Assembly (NCBI GenBank): GCA_035626855.1 | Contig: DASPMW010000128.1 | Span: 1,574 to 65,573 of the forward strand | DNA: 64,000 nt | Reading direction: 5' to 3' | DNA from: Patescibacteria group bacterium | GTDB taxonomy: Bacteria > Pseudomonadota > Alphaproteobacteria > Micavibrionales > UBA2020 | In this document: positions 56,253 to 63,637 of the stretch, in pieces | Layout: each line of letters opens with the position of its first letter | How positions within the stretch are numbered: position 1 is the first letter of the stretch | Notes under the pieces: generated by a model | What the model was told of the DNA's origin: nothing | Databases searched by the model: none | Seen by the model: only the letters and a program-made list of their open reading frames with translations | Translations under genes and position numbers: made by a program

Positions 56253-57116
56253 ATGAAAAAACTCACCCTGCTCGGCGCCGTTTCCGCCCTTGCGCTGCTC
56301 GTTGCCGCACCGGCAATGGCTGAAACCGCCAAAGAAATGAACAAGGAATACAACCAGGAAGAGTCCTACGGCTCGCGTGGCAAGGATAGCGGCTCGATTG
56401 TTGACCGCAACCAGAACAACACCGAGGTCAAGGAAGACATCTCCGACGCCACGGCTAAAGCTTCCGCGTCGATGCGCAACACCGCCGACGAGATCAAGGC
56501 ATCCCTGATTGACGAGGACGTGAAGGTGAAGGCCTCCCCCGTCACGATCAAATCGGCGACGACGGCTGACGGCATCATCGGCAAGCCGGTGGTCAACCAG
56601 GCGAATGACCGCATCGCAACCGTCGAGGACGTTATCCTTGACGCGAACGGCGATGCAAAACTGATTGTCGTGAAAGACGGCGATTTCGCGGGCATGGGCG
56701 GCAAGCTTGCGGCCTTCGACTATGACGCCATCATCAGCCGCCAGGCGGATGGCGACGTCGTCATGCCGATCACCGAGCAGACTCTCGACAAGGTCGCTGA
56801 ATTCTCCTACGACAAGTCGGACAAGGATAACGTTCGCGTCATCCCTGCCAACGGCTACAGCGTGAAGGGCCTGCTTGACGGCAATATCGTCGATGCGCAA
56901 GGCGAAAAACTGGCGACCATCGATAACGTATCGCTCAAAGCCGGCAAAGCCGACATGATCATCGCGAGCTATGGCAAGGTACTCGCCATGGGCGGCGACA
57001 AGGTCGCGCTCGATTTCGATACCGGCCGTCTTGTCCGCGACGGCAAGAATGTCGACCTGAAACTGAGCCAGAACCAGACGGCGAAGTTCAACACCTACAA
57101 AGACAACCACAAATAA
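56253..57116 (+). CDS. secreted protein with two PRC-barrel domains
   Basis: From ATG 56253 (AAAGGAG SD): signal MKKLTLLGAVSALALLVAAPAMA. IIGKPVVNQANDRIATVEDVILDANGDAKLIVV and LLDGNIVDAQGEKLATIDNVSL are PRC-barrel-like. Confidence 0.7.
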   Translation: MKKLTLLGAVSALALLVAAPAMAETAKEMNKEYNQEESYGSRGKDSGSIVDRNQNNTEVKEDISDATAKASASMRNTADEIKASLIDEDVKVKASPVTIKSATTADGIIGKPVVNQANDRIATVEDVILDANGDAKLIVVKDGDFAGMGGKLAAFDYDAIISRQADGDVVMPITEQTLDKVAEFSYDKSDKDNVRVIPANGYSVKGLLDGNIVDAQGEKLATIDNVSLKAGKADMIIASYGKVLAMGGDKVALDFDTGRLVRDGKNVDLKLSQNQTAKFNTYKDNHK

Positions 57117-57126
57117 ACAATCGGTA

Positions 57127-57158
57127 TCCGGCCTGCGCCCTTACGGGTTCAGGCCGGA
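57127..57158 (+). terminator. stem-loop after the PRC-barrel gene
   Basis: tccggcctg-N14-caggccgga; the following T-tract is weak (atccctttc). Confidence 0.4.
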
Positions 57159-57180
57159 ATCCCTTTCAAAGGATGGCGCA

Positions 57181-57384
57181 ATGAACGAAGACATTCTGCA
57201 AGGCAAGTGGAACGAGCTGAAAGGCTCTATCCAGGAGAAATGGGGCAAAATCACGGACGACGATATGACGCGCATCAACGGCGACCGCACCAAGCTCGCG
57301 GGCACGATCCAGAAGAATTATGGCATCGCGCGGGACGAAGCTGAAAAACAGCTCAAAGAGTGGGAGCAGCAGCATCGCGGATAA
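57181..57384 (+). CDS. csbD: CsbD-family general stress protein
   Basis: 67 aa. GKWNELKGSIQEKWGKITDDDMTRINGDRTKLAGTIQKNYG is the CsbD signature. Confidence 0.85.
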   Translation: MNEDILQGKWNELKGSIQEKWGKITDDDMTRINGDRTKLAGTIQKNYGIARDEAEKQLKEWEQQHRG

Positions 57385-57425
57385 CGCCGCGAATCCAGTT
57401 GGATCGCGCCAAAGGGTGTATCCAG

Positions 57426-57451
57426 TGAACCTTTATGCCTACCGCGCTGTT
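57426..57451 (+). promoter_or_regulatory. weak ECF-type promoter match TGAAC-N17-TGTT
   Basis: TGAAC ctttatgcctaccgcgc TGTT, 34 nt upstream of the DUF883 gene ATG. Confidence 0.25.
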
Positions 57452-57485
57452 AGTGCGTTGTGCCATGCAACATAGGAGACCAGTC

Positions 57486-57878
57486 ATGCAAAACACCACC
57501 ACGAACACCATGGGCGGCAAGCCCAGCACCGGAGCGATCAGCCAGACGCTCTCCTCTGACGTCAGCGATATCCGCAGCGACGTCCAGGCGCTCAAGGACG
57601 ACGCCTGCGCGCTCACCGGCGACATCAAGGCAGCCGGTCTCGGCAGAGTTGCCGAAGCAAAAGGCGCCGCTATCGGCAAGGTCAACGAAGTCAAAGGTCT
57701 CGCTGTTGACAAGGTCAACGAAGTAAAGAACCTTGCGACGGAAAAGCTGGATTCGATCCTCGCTTCCAGCGACGAAAGCCTGAAGGCGATCGATGACGAG
57801 ATCAAGGCGAACCCGCGCAGCGCGGTTGCTTTTGCTTTCGCCGCCGGTATCGTTGCAAGCTTCCTGTTCCGCCGGTAA
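57486..57878 (+). CDS. DUF883 (ElaB/YqjD/YgaM) family membrane-anchored stress protein
   Basis: From ATG 57486 (AGGAGA SD). Helical repeats and a C-terminal anchor NPRSAVAFAFAAGIVASFLFRR typical of the family. Confidence 0.8.
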   Translation: MQNTTTNTMGGKPSTGAISQTLSSDVSDIRSDVQALKDDACALTGDIKAAGLGRVAEAKGAAIGKVNEVKGLAVDKVNEVKNLATEKLDSILASSDESLKAIDDEIKANPRSAVAFAFAAGIVASFLFRR

Positions 57879-57883
57879 CTGCC

Positions 57884-58318
57884 ATGGCCATTATTCAGCC
57901 GATGGTCGCGCAGCTGCTCATCAACAGCGTTCTCAGCCGCAAGTCCAAAGCGCGCGGACGTAGCAAGGCGGAGTTTCTCCTGCTTGTTTCTTCCGGCTTT
58001 ATGTCGCTTGTCGGCATCGTCTTCCTTTTCGTCGCCCTCTACGACTGGGCGATGCTTCACTACGCCGCGTGGATGGCTGCTGTCATCACCGGCGGCGTGG
58101 GCCTCGCGGTCGGCATGACTTTTGCCGCCATCGCCGGCGGCATGGAAGCAGAGCGCAAACGCCATGAACCCGAGCAAGCCGAAGACCCGGGAGAGGCATT
58201 GCTGGCCGCAATTGACCGCGCCACGCACGGCCTCGAAAAGCCCATCGCGGATAACCCGCGCACCTCGGTGCTGCTGGCTTCCCTCGCGGGCTATATGACT
58301 GGCAACAAGCTTCACTAA
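57884..58318 (+). CDS. YqjE-like (holin-X / DUF1469-like) two-TM membrane protein
   Basis: 144 aa, 5 nt after the DUF883 gene, mirroring the E. coli yqjD-yqjE order. Two hydrophobic helices. Confidence 0.55.
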   Translation: MAIIQPMVAQLLINSVLSRKSKARGRSKAEFLLLVSSGFMSLVGIVFLFVALYDWAMLHYAAWMAAVITGGVGLAVGMTFAAIAGGMEAERKRHEPEQAEDPGEALLAAIDRATHGLEKPIADNPRTSVLLASLAGYMTGNKLH

Positions 58319-58336
58319 GAAGAAGCACACACACGG

Positions 58337-58367
58337 AAAAGCCGCCCTTTGACGAGGGCGGCTTTTT
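58337..58367. terminator. bidirectional Rho-independent terminator
   Basis: gaaaa gccgccct-ttgacg-agggcggc tttttcc, between the plus-strand gene ending at 58318 and the minus-strand gene ending at 58388. Confidence 0.75.
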
Positions 58368-58387
58368 CCTGTTTCACCGTTGCGTGA

Positions 58388-59128
58388 CTAATCGATGCTC
58401 TTGGCGTCGCCGCAGAACATATAGCCCACGCCGCGCACGGTCTTGATCAGGGCCGGCGCAGCGGGGTCGTCGTTGAGCTTTTTGCGGATGCGCGCGACCT
58501 GCGTATCAATCACGCGATCATAGGCGTCGAATTTTCCGCCGGCGCGGGTAAGCTCGAACAGCTGCTCGCGCGACAGCACGCGGTTGGGGGCCATCACCAG
58601 CGCCTCCAGCAGCCGGAATTCCCCCGTCGTAAGGTCGGAGGCGGCGTGCTTTTCATCAAAAAGCTGGTACTGCTGGCGGTCAAGCAGCCAGCCGTTGAAA
58701 GCAATGCGCTTGGACTTCGCAAGCGGCTGGTCCTTATCGTTGGTGGGCGTCTTCTCGTCCGCGGCGGCACGGCGCAGTACGGCCTTGATGCGGGCTGACA
58801 GCTCGCGCATTTCAAACGGCTTGGTCAAATAGTCGTCAGCGCCCATTTCCAGGCCCACGATCTTGTCGGCCGTCTCGTCCTTGCCGCTGACCACAATCAC
58901 GGGGGCGCGGGTTTTCGCGCGAATCGACATCAGGAGCGTGAGGCCGTCATTATCCGGCAGCATCAGGTCGAGCAGGATGATATCGGGCTGGGTCGTTTCG
59001 AGTTTAGCCATGGTTTCCGCGCCGTTTGACGCAGTCAGCAGCTGATAGCCCTGATTCTCGAGATACGTGCGCATCACGAGCTGCAGGTTTTCGTCGTCAT
59101 CTACTGCCAGTACCGTAGCCTTGTGCAC
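58388..59128 (-). CDS. OmpR/PhoB-family response regulator
   Basis: 246 aa (GTG start). Receiver VLAVDDD...IILLDLMLPD...TKPF. Winged helix LTTGEFRLLEAL...VRGVGYMF. Confidence 0.85.
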   Translation of the reverse strand: MHKATVLAVDDDENLQLVMRTYLENQGYQLLTASNGAETMAKLETTQPDIILLDLMLPDNDGLTLLMSIRAKTRAPVIVVSGKDETADKIVGLEMGADDYLTKPFEMRELSARIKAVLRRAAADEKTPTNDKDQPLAKSKRIAFNGWLLDRQQYQLFDEKHAASDLTTGEFRLLEALVMAPNRVLSREQLFELTRAGGKFDAYDRVIDTQVARIRKKLNDDPAAPALIKTVRGVGYMFCGDAKSID

Positions 59129-59314
59129 CCGATCGCCGTTCTATGGAAATTCAAAGCGCGGAATTTACTATAACCGGTCGTTTATAGGGTTTTTGTCACG
59201 CAAATGAAACAATTTTTTTCGCGACGCTTACTTGAGCTTCAAAACGCGGTTACAGGCGAAAGCTATCCTTAGATCAGTAGCAAAAACAACCGTACTGAAC
59301 TTAGGAGCTGACAA

Positions 59315-59875
59315 ATGTTTGAGCAAAAAGCCCTCGTCGCTGAAATGGAAAACCTCCGCCGCTTTGCCCTGCGCCTGACGCGCAACGCAAGCGACGCGGA
59401 AGACCTCGTCCAGTCGACCCTGCTGCGCGCTCTCGAGAAGCAGGATTACTTTGAGACCGGCACCAACCTCTTCAGCTGGACCTCGAAAATCATGTTCAAC
59501 CTGTTTGCGTCGCAGTACCGCCGCAAGAAGAAATTCGAAACCCAGTACGATCCCGAGCCGTATCTGGCGCATGCGCAAGTCGGTCCGAGCCAGGAAGTCA
59601 CCGCCGACCTTTCCAAAGTGAAAGAGGCGATGAAGCAGCTCTCTCAGGAACATCGCGATATGCTGGTCCTGGTCTGCATCCGCGGGTTGCGCTACGAAGA
59701 AGTCTCTGAAATGCTGCAGATCCCGGTCGGCACCGTGCGCTCGCGCCTGTTCCGCGCCCGCAAGCAGCTGCAGGAAGTGCTTGATACGACGCCGGCACTA
59801 CCGCGCGTTGCCGCAGAGCGCGTTTTCGGCGCGCTGCCCGATGCCAGCGAGGAGAGCAAGCTGGCCCAGGCTTAA
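59315..59875 (+). CDS. ECF-type RNA polymerase sigma factor (possibly EcfG-like)
   Basis: 186 aa. Region 2 LRRFALRLTRNASDAEDLVQSTLLRALEK...NLFSW. Region 4 RDMLVLVCIRGLRYEEVSEMLQIPVGTVRSRLFRARKQL. Confidence 0.85.
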   Translation: MFEQKALVAEMENLRRFALRLTRNASDAEDLVQSTLLRALEKQDYFETGTNLFSWTSKIMFNLFASQYRRKKKFETQYDPEPYLAHAQVGPSQEVTADLSKVKEAMKQLSQEHRDMLVLVCIRGLRYEEVSEMLQIPVGTVRSRLFRARKQLQEVLDTTPALPRVAAERVFGALPDASEESKLAQA

Positions 59876-59894
59876 GCTGCAAGCTGCTCAAAAC

Positions 59895-59925
59895 AAAAAA
59901 GCCCCCGGCGACGGGGGCTTTTTTT
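59895..59925. terminator. bidirectional Rho-independent terminator
   Basis: aaaaaa gcccccg-gcga-cgggggc ttttttt, between the sigma factor gene and the convergent kinase gene. Confidence 0.8.
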
Positions 59926-59930
59926 CTGCC

Positions 59931-62201
59931 TTAAGCAGATTTGCCGGCGAGAAGTTCGTAAATTTTGGCCCGGAGATCCGCCTCGACCACAGGCTTGGGC
60001 AGATAGGTATCCATGCCGGCCTTCAGGCACTGTTCCTTGTCGCCGATAAAGGCATGGGCGGTCATGCCCATGATCGGCGTGCGCGGGCGGTTCGTTTGGG
60101 TTTCTATCCGCCGGATTTCCTGGGTGGCGGTGAAGCCGTCCATCTCAGGCATTTGCACATCCATGAGGATGAGGTCGAACGGCGTTTCTGCCCATTTATC
60201 GACCGCTTCCTTCCCAGTCCGCGCGACATCGTAGGGGCATTTCAGGGTGTCGAGGAGATAGGAGAGGATGACGATATTGCCTTCGTAGTCGTCGACGATC
60301 AGGACGCGTTTCTGGCGAATATCGGCAGGGCGTCCCGGTTCAATATCGCCGTCGTCCTCGTCCTGAAGTGGCTGCGGCTCCGCGAGGCGGAGCGGCAGGG
60401 TGACGGTAAACAGCGCCCCTTCCTTGGGCTTGCTGTCCACCGTAATATCGCCGCCCATAAGGCGCGCGAGACGCAGCGAAATCGGCAGCCCCAGACCCGT
60501 GCCGCCATATTTGCGCGAGACGGAACTGTCCGCCTGCTTGAAGCGCTCGAAGATAAGCGAGAAGTTCTCGGGCGAAATGCCGATCCCGCTGTCCTGCACG
60601 TCTAGGCGGAGCTGTTCGTCGTTTCCATCGCCGATGCGGCGGGCTGTGACGGCAACGCGGCCTTCCTGCGTGAATTTGATGGCATTGCCGATAAGGTTGA
60701 TAAGAATCTGGCGGAGGCGCACGGGATCGCCCAGCATCTGCAGCCCGCGGACCGCATTATAGTCAAACGTAAAGCGGATTCCTTTTTCCGACGCCTTCAC
60801 CGAAAAGATACTGACGACCTGCTCAAACAGCGCCTGCAGGTCGAACGCCTTTTCGGCGAGCTCCAGTTCGCCGCTTTCGATCTTGGAGAAATCGAGGATA
60901 TCGTTGATCAGGTCCTTGAGCGAGGCCGTGCTCGAGCTGAGGGTGCGCACCAGCTGCCGCTGGCGGGAATCAAGCCCGGCTTGCGTATTCTCGAAGATCT
61001 CGGCGATGCCGGAAATGGCGGTGAGCGGAGTCCGTATTTCGTGGCTCATATGGGCGAGGAATTCCGTCTTGGCGCGGTTCGCCTTTTCCGCGCGCTCCTT
61101 CGCGCGTTCCAGTTTTTCTTCATACGCCTTGATATGGGTGATGTCGGTATGCGCGCCGACGATGCGATAGGCATGGCCCGCGCTGTCATATACGGCGCGG
61201 CCGCGGGCATTGACCCATATCCAGCGGCCCGTCCGGTGCCGCAGGCGGAACACACCTAGGTATTCGCCTGTTTCTCCGGCACGGTACTGCTCGATCAGGC
61301 CTAATACCCGCTCCTTGTCTTCCGGGTGTATCAGGTCCCCAAAAGAAGCGAGCGCCCCCTGCACCGGCAGGTCGTCATACCCCAGCATGGCGAGGTACTG
61401 CTTCGAATAAAAAGCCCTGTCGCGCTGGAAATTCCATTCAAAAAAGCCGTCGCTCGACCCTTCGATCGCGAGGCGGAAGGCCTGTTCGGAATCCGCAAGC
61501 TCGCGTTCCGCGCGGTCACGCGCCATCCGCGCGCGCAGGTACCAGGCGTTAATGACCATGAACAGCACCGCCATCGCGATGCAGCAGATAAGGATGCGCT
61601 CAATGGCGCGCCGGCGCAGCTCCGCCAGCCCGGTACGCTGGTCGCCAAGCAATTTCTGGGATTCGAGCAGAATATCCCTGTTTACCCGCGCGAGATCGCC
61701 GCGCAGGTTTTCGGCCGCGATAATTCCTGATTTTTTGCCCGGCGCGGCGAATTGCGCGTCAAGGCTGGTCGTGTATTTGAGGAAATAGTCATGCAGTTCC
61801 TCCAGCCGGCTCGGCGACAGGCCGGGCAGGGCCGCCATGAGCCGGTCGATATCGGCGAGTGTGTCCGATACTTCCGCCTTTGCCTGCGTATAATCAGCGG
61901 CGAATTTACGGTTGGCGGTCAGGGCGTAGCCGCGGGCGGCCGCGATCATCTGTTCGACCCGCAGTCCGAAGTCCTGGTTTTTCCGCATGGCCGTTTCAGC
62001 ATGCTCGACCCCCAGGATTGCCGTGTCTATCTGACGCGCGCCCGTCAACAAAAAGCCGGCGATCATGCCGAAACTCGCCAGAATGACGAGCAGCAGGAAT
62101 AGGTAATTACGGTAGGTGGTGAGCAGCGTGCGGATGGGGGCCTGCCTTGCTGGTGGACGCAGTCCCAATATATAAAAAAATGGTGCTCCGCAGAGCACCA
62201 T
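59931..62201 (-). CDS. hybrid sensor histidine kinase/response regulator (TM, CHASE3-like, TM, PAS, HisKA, HATPase, REC)
   Basis: H-box FLAHMSHEIRTPL, G2 GGTGLGLPIS, receiver VLIVDDY...LILMDVQMPEMDG. The first 11 codons of the ORF-track model lie inside a terminator hairpin, so the true start is probably downstream (for example TTG at 62168). Confidence 0.85.
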   Translation of the reverse strand: MVLCGAPFFYILGLRPPARQAPIRTLLTTYRNYLFLLLVILASFGMIAGFLLTGARQIDTAILGVEHAETAMRKNQDFGLRVEQMIAAARGYALTANRKFAADYTQAKAEVSDTLADIDRLMAALPGLSPSRLEELHDYFLKYTTSLDAQFAAPGKKSGIIAAENLRGDLARVNRDILLESQKLLGDQRTGLAELRRRAIERILICCIAMAVLFMVINAWYLRARMARDRAERELADSEQAFRLAIEGSSDGFFEWNFQRDRAFYSKQYLAMLGYDDLPVQGALASFGDLIHPEDKERVLGLIEQYRAGETGEYLGVFRLRHRTGRWIWVNARGRAVYDSAGHAYRIVGAHTDITHIKAYEEKLERAKERAEKANRAKTEFLAHMSHEIRTPLTAISGIAEIFENTQAGLDSRQRQLVRTLSSSTASLKDLINDILDFSKIESGELELAEKAFDLQALFEQVVSIFSVKASEKGIRFTFDYNAVRGLQMLGDPVRLRQILINLIGNAIKFTQEGRVAVTARRIGDGNDEQLRLDVQDSGIGISPENFSLIFERFKQADSSVSRKYGGTGLGLPISLRLARLMGGDITVDSKPKEGALFTVTLPLRLAEPQPLQDEDDGDIEPGRPADIRQKRVLIVDDYEGNIVILSYLLDTLKCPYDVARTGKEAVDKWAETPFDLILMDVQMPEMDGFTATQEIRRIETQTNRPRTPIMGMTAHAFIGDKEQCLKAGMDTYLPKPVVEADLRAKIYELLAGKSA

Positions 62202-62207
62202 TTTTTT
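62174..62207. terminator. bidirectional Rho-independent terminator after the DUF1328 gene
   Basis: aaaaaaa tggtgctc-cgca-gagcacca ttttttt. Confidence 0.8.
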
Positions 62208-62232
62208 AGCTTTTCACGTTATGTCTATGGAA

Positions 62233-62409
62233 CTAGGCGGGTGGCGCCTTGCCCTGTAGTGCATGTACCGCATAGGCGACGATAAACAGCACCAAGAAAG
62301 CGACAAACAGGATCCGGCCAATTTCCACGGACATTACCGCAAGACCGCCGAAACCCAGGAATGCCGCGATAACGGCAAGGATCAGAAATGAAAAGGCCCA
62401 CTGTAACAT
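62233..62409 (-). CDS. DUF1328 / UPF0391 (YtjA-like) small membrane protein
   Basis: From ATG 62409 (AAGGAGA SD): [25 protein letters not shown]...[12 protein letters not shown] is the family signature. Confidence 0.75.
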   Translation of the reverse strand: MLQWAFSFLILAVIAAFLGFGGLAVMSVEIGRILFVAFLVLFIVAYAVHALQGKAPPA

Positions 62410-62483
62410 GGCGTGTCTCCTTTTTCCGGTTAATTTCAGCGACTTAGCGCAATCATCCGCCACGCCGCCGTGTACGAACCGCT

Positions 62484-62509
62484 AACCCTTTGACGTATAA
62501 CTTGGTTCC
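62484..62509 (-). promoter_or_regulatory. ECF-type promoter match GGAAC-N17-GGTT (DUF1328 gene)
   Basis: Minus strand reads GGAAC caagttatacgtcaaag GGTT. Confidence 0.4.
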
Positions 62510-62522
62510 GGCGCGTATTGAC

Positions 62523-62548
62523 GGAACTATCGATGCTTCCGTTCTGTT
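62523..62548 (+). promoter_or_regulatory. ECF-type promoter match GGAAC-N17-TGTT (three-gene operon 62590-63637)
   Basis: GGAAC tatcgatgcttccgttc TGTT. Its -35 is 13 nt from, and inverted relative to, the -35 of the divergent promoter at 62505-62509. Confidence 0.4.
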
Positions 62549-62589
62549 TGCGAACTAAGGGAGGGCCGCAGCGAGGCGGCTTTTTGAAG

Positions 62590-62835
62590 ATGGGCGAAAA
62601 AGACGTCAACGATTACGACATCCAGGCACTTGTGGACGCCCAGCTTGACTGGGAAGAGGAGAAGAAAGTCTGGCAGGCGATCCAGGCCAATTCCATTCTC
62701 CAGCGCCGGTACGAAGAACTCGTGAACCAGAAAAAACTCCTTCTCGCCTGGTGGGCCTCCGAAAACACGATTGAACCTGTGGAAAAGCCGCTTGATCACC
62801 GCCTTTACGCGGTGCAGTCCAGCGAAAAGCATTAG
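62590..62835 (+). CDS. hypothetical 81-aa protein, weakly anti-sigma-factor-like N-terminus
   Basis: MGEKDVNDYDIQALVDAQLDWEEEKKVWQAIQANSILQRRYEELV resembles the ..L.DGEL..eE....e..L..dp.l...y..l pattern of anti-sigma N-terminal helices. There is no TM segment and no Cys/His zinc motif. The start is uncertain. Confidence 0.4.
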   Translation: MGEKDVNDYDIQALVDAQLDWEEEKKVWQAIQANSILQRRYEELVNQKKLLLAWWASENTIEPVEKPLDHRLYAVQSSEKH

Positions 62836-62847
62836 AAGGGCCGCAAG

Positions 62848-63093
62848 ATGAACGGTATTACCCGCATCCTTTTAGCGCTTCTCGTCATCGCGGCGATCGT
62901 CTGGTTCGTTGAACCGAGCACGGGACGAGAAGCGGCCGAGGGAATGCGCACGAGCGTCCGTGAATCCGTAAAGAATACCAAAGAGCGCTTGAACAGCAGC
63001 GTCGATGCAGCCAAGCAGGATATGCAGACAATCCGGTCGCGTGTGACCAAGGGAGCGAATGATGCAAGAGACAATCAATCCGACCGTCCGTGA
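62848..63093 (+). CDS. hypothetical small membrane-anchored protein
   Basis: 81 aa, GAAGGG SD. N-terminal TM ILLALLVIAAIVWFV followed by a charged helical tail. Confidence 0.45.
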   Translation: MNGITRILLALLVIAAIVWFVEPSTGREAAEGMRTSVRESVKNTKERLNSSVDAAKQDMQTIRSRVTKGANDARDNQSDRP

Positions 63094-63637
63094 GGCCGTT
63101 GGCGTCTTTAACGACGCCCGAAAGCTGCAGCACGCCCTCGATGCCCTCGAAGAGCGCGGATTCATGCGGCAGGAGATCGGCGTCTATGCGAACGAGCTGA
63201 GCCCGCTTGCGCAGGACAGCGAGCTCGGTCGGCATGCGGATGACGTCAAGGATGATCCTTCGGCGGAGCGTCAGGTGCCGATTCCCGTCGAAATCCTGGG
63301 AGAAATGGAAGGCTCGCTGATCGGCGCGCCCATGTATATCTCGGCCGTGGGCGGCGCTGTTGCCGCAGCAGCTGCCGGCGCCTCAATACTTTTCATTATT
63401 GCCGCGGCGGTGACGGCAGGTGTTGCCGGCGCGCTTGTCGGGTACGGCCTCGCCAAAGTGCTCGGGCGTCGTTACCAGGAATCCCTGAACGCGCAGATGC
63501 GTCGTGGCGGGGTTGTGGTATGGGTTTCGGTGCGGGAGGATAAAATGCAGGACGTCGCGGTTGACGTGCTGCGGCAGTTCTCGGCACAGGACATCCATGT
63601 TCATGACGTGCCGCTGCACGGCCGGACGATTAACTGA
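63059..63637 (+). CDS. membrane protein with YflT/GSP17M-like N-terminal domain (putative general stress protein)
   Basis: 192 aa, AAGGGAG SD. REAVGVFNDARKLQHALDALEERGFMRQEIGV resembles the YflT-type domain. Central Gly/Ala-rich TM pair. Confidence 0.45.
   Translation: MMQETINPTVREAVGVFNDARKLQHALDALEERGFMRQEIGVYANELSPLAQDSELGRHADDVKDDPSAERQVPIPVEILGEMEGSLIGAPMYISAVGGAVAAAAAGASILFIIAAAVTAGVAGALVGYGLAKVLGRRYQESLNAQMRRGGVVVWVSVREDKMQDVAVDVLRQFSAQDIHVHDVPLHGRTIN

Noticed and set aside
59129-59314. Search for a NepR-like anti-sigma ORF and an autoregulatory EcfG promoter upstream of the ECF sigma gene.
   Set aside because: Only 13- and 22-codon ORFs are present (MEIQSAEFTITGRL, MKQFFSRRLLELQNAVTGESYP), with no NepR-like motif. 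The only GGAA-CGTT pair (GGAAT at 59160, CGTT at 59179) has a 14-nt spacer, too short for the N16-17 consensus.
62565-62589. Short GC hairpin (gccgc-agcgag-gcggc) followed by ttttt just upstream of the ATG at 62590; possible attenuator.
   Set aside because: The stem is only 5 bp, and it sits about 20 nt downstream of the proposed -10, so a terminated product would be implausibly short. It is more likely ordinary 5' UTR structure. It does leave the exact start codon of the 81-aa ORF uncertain.
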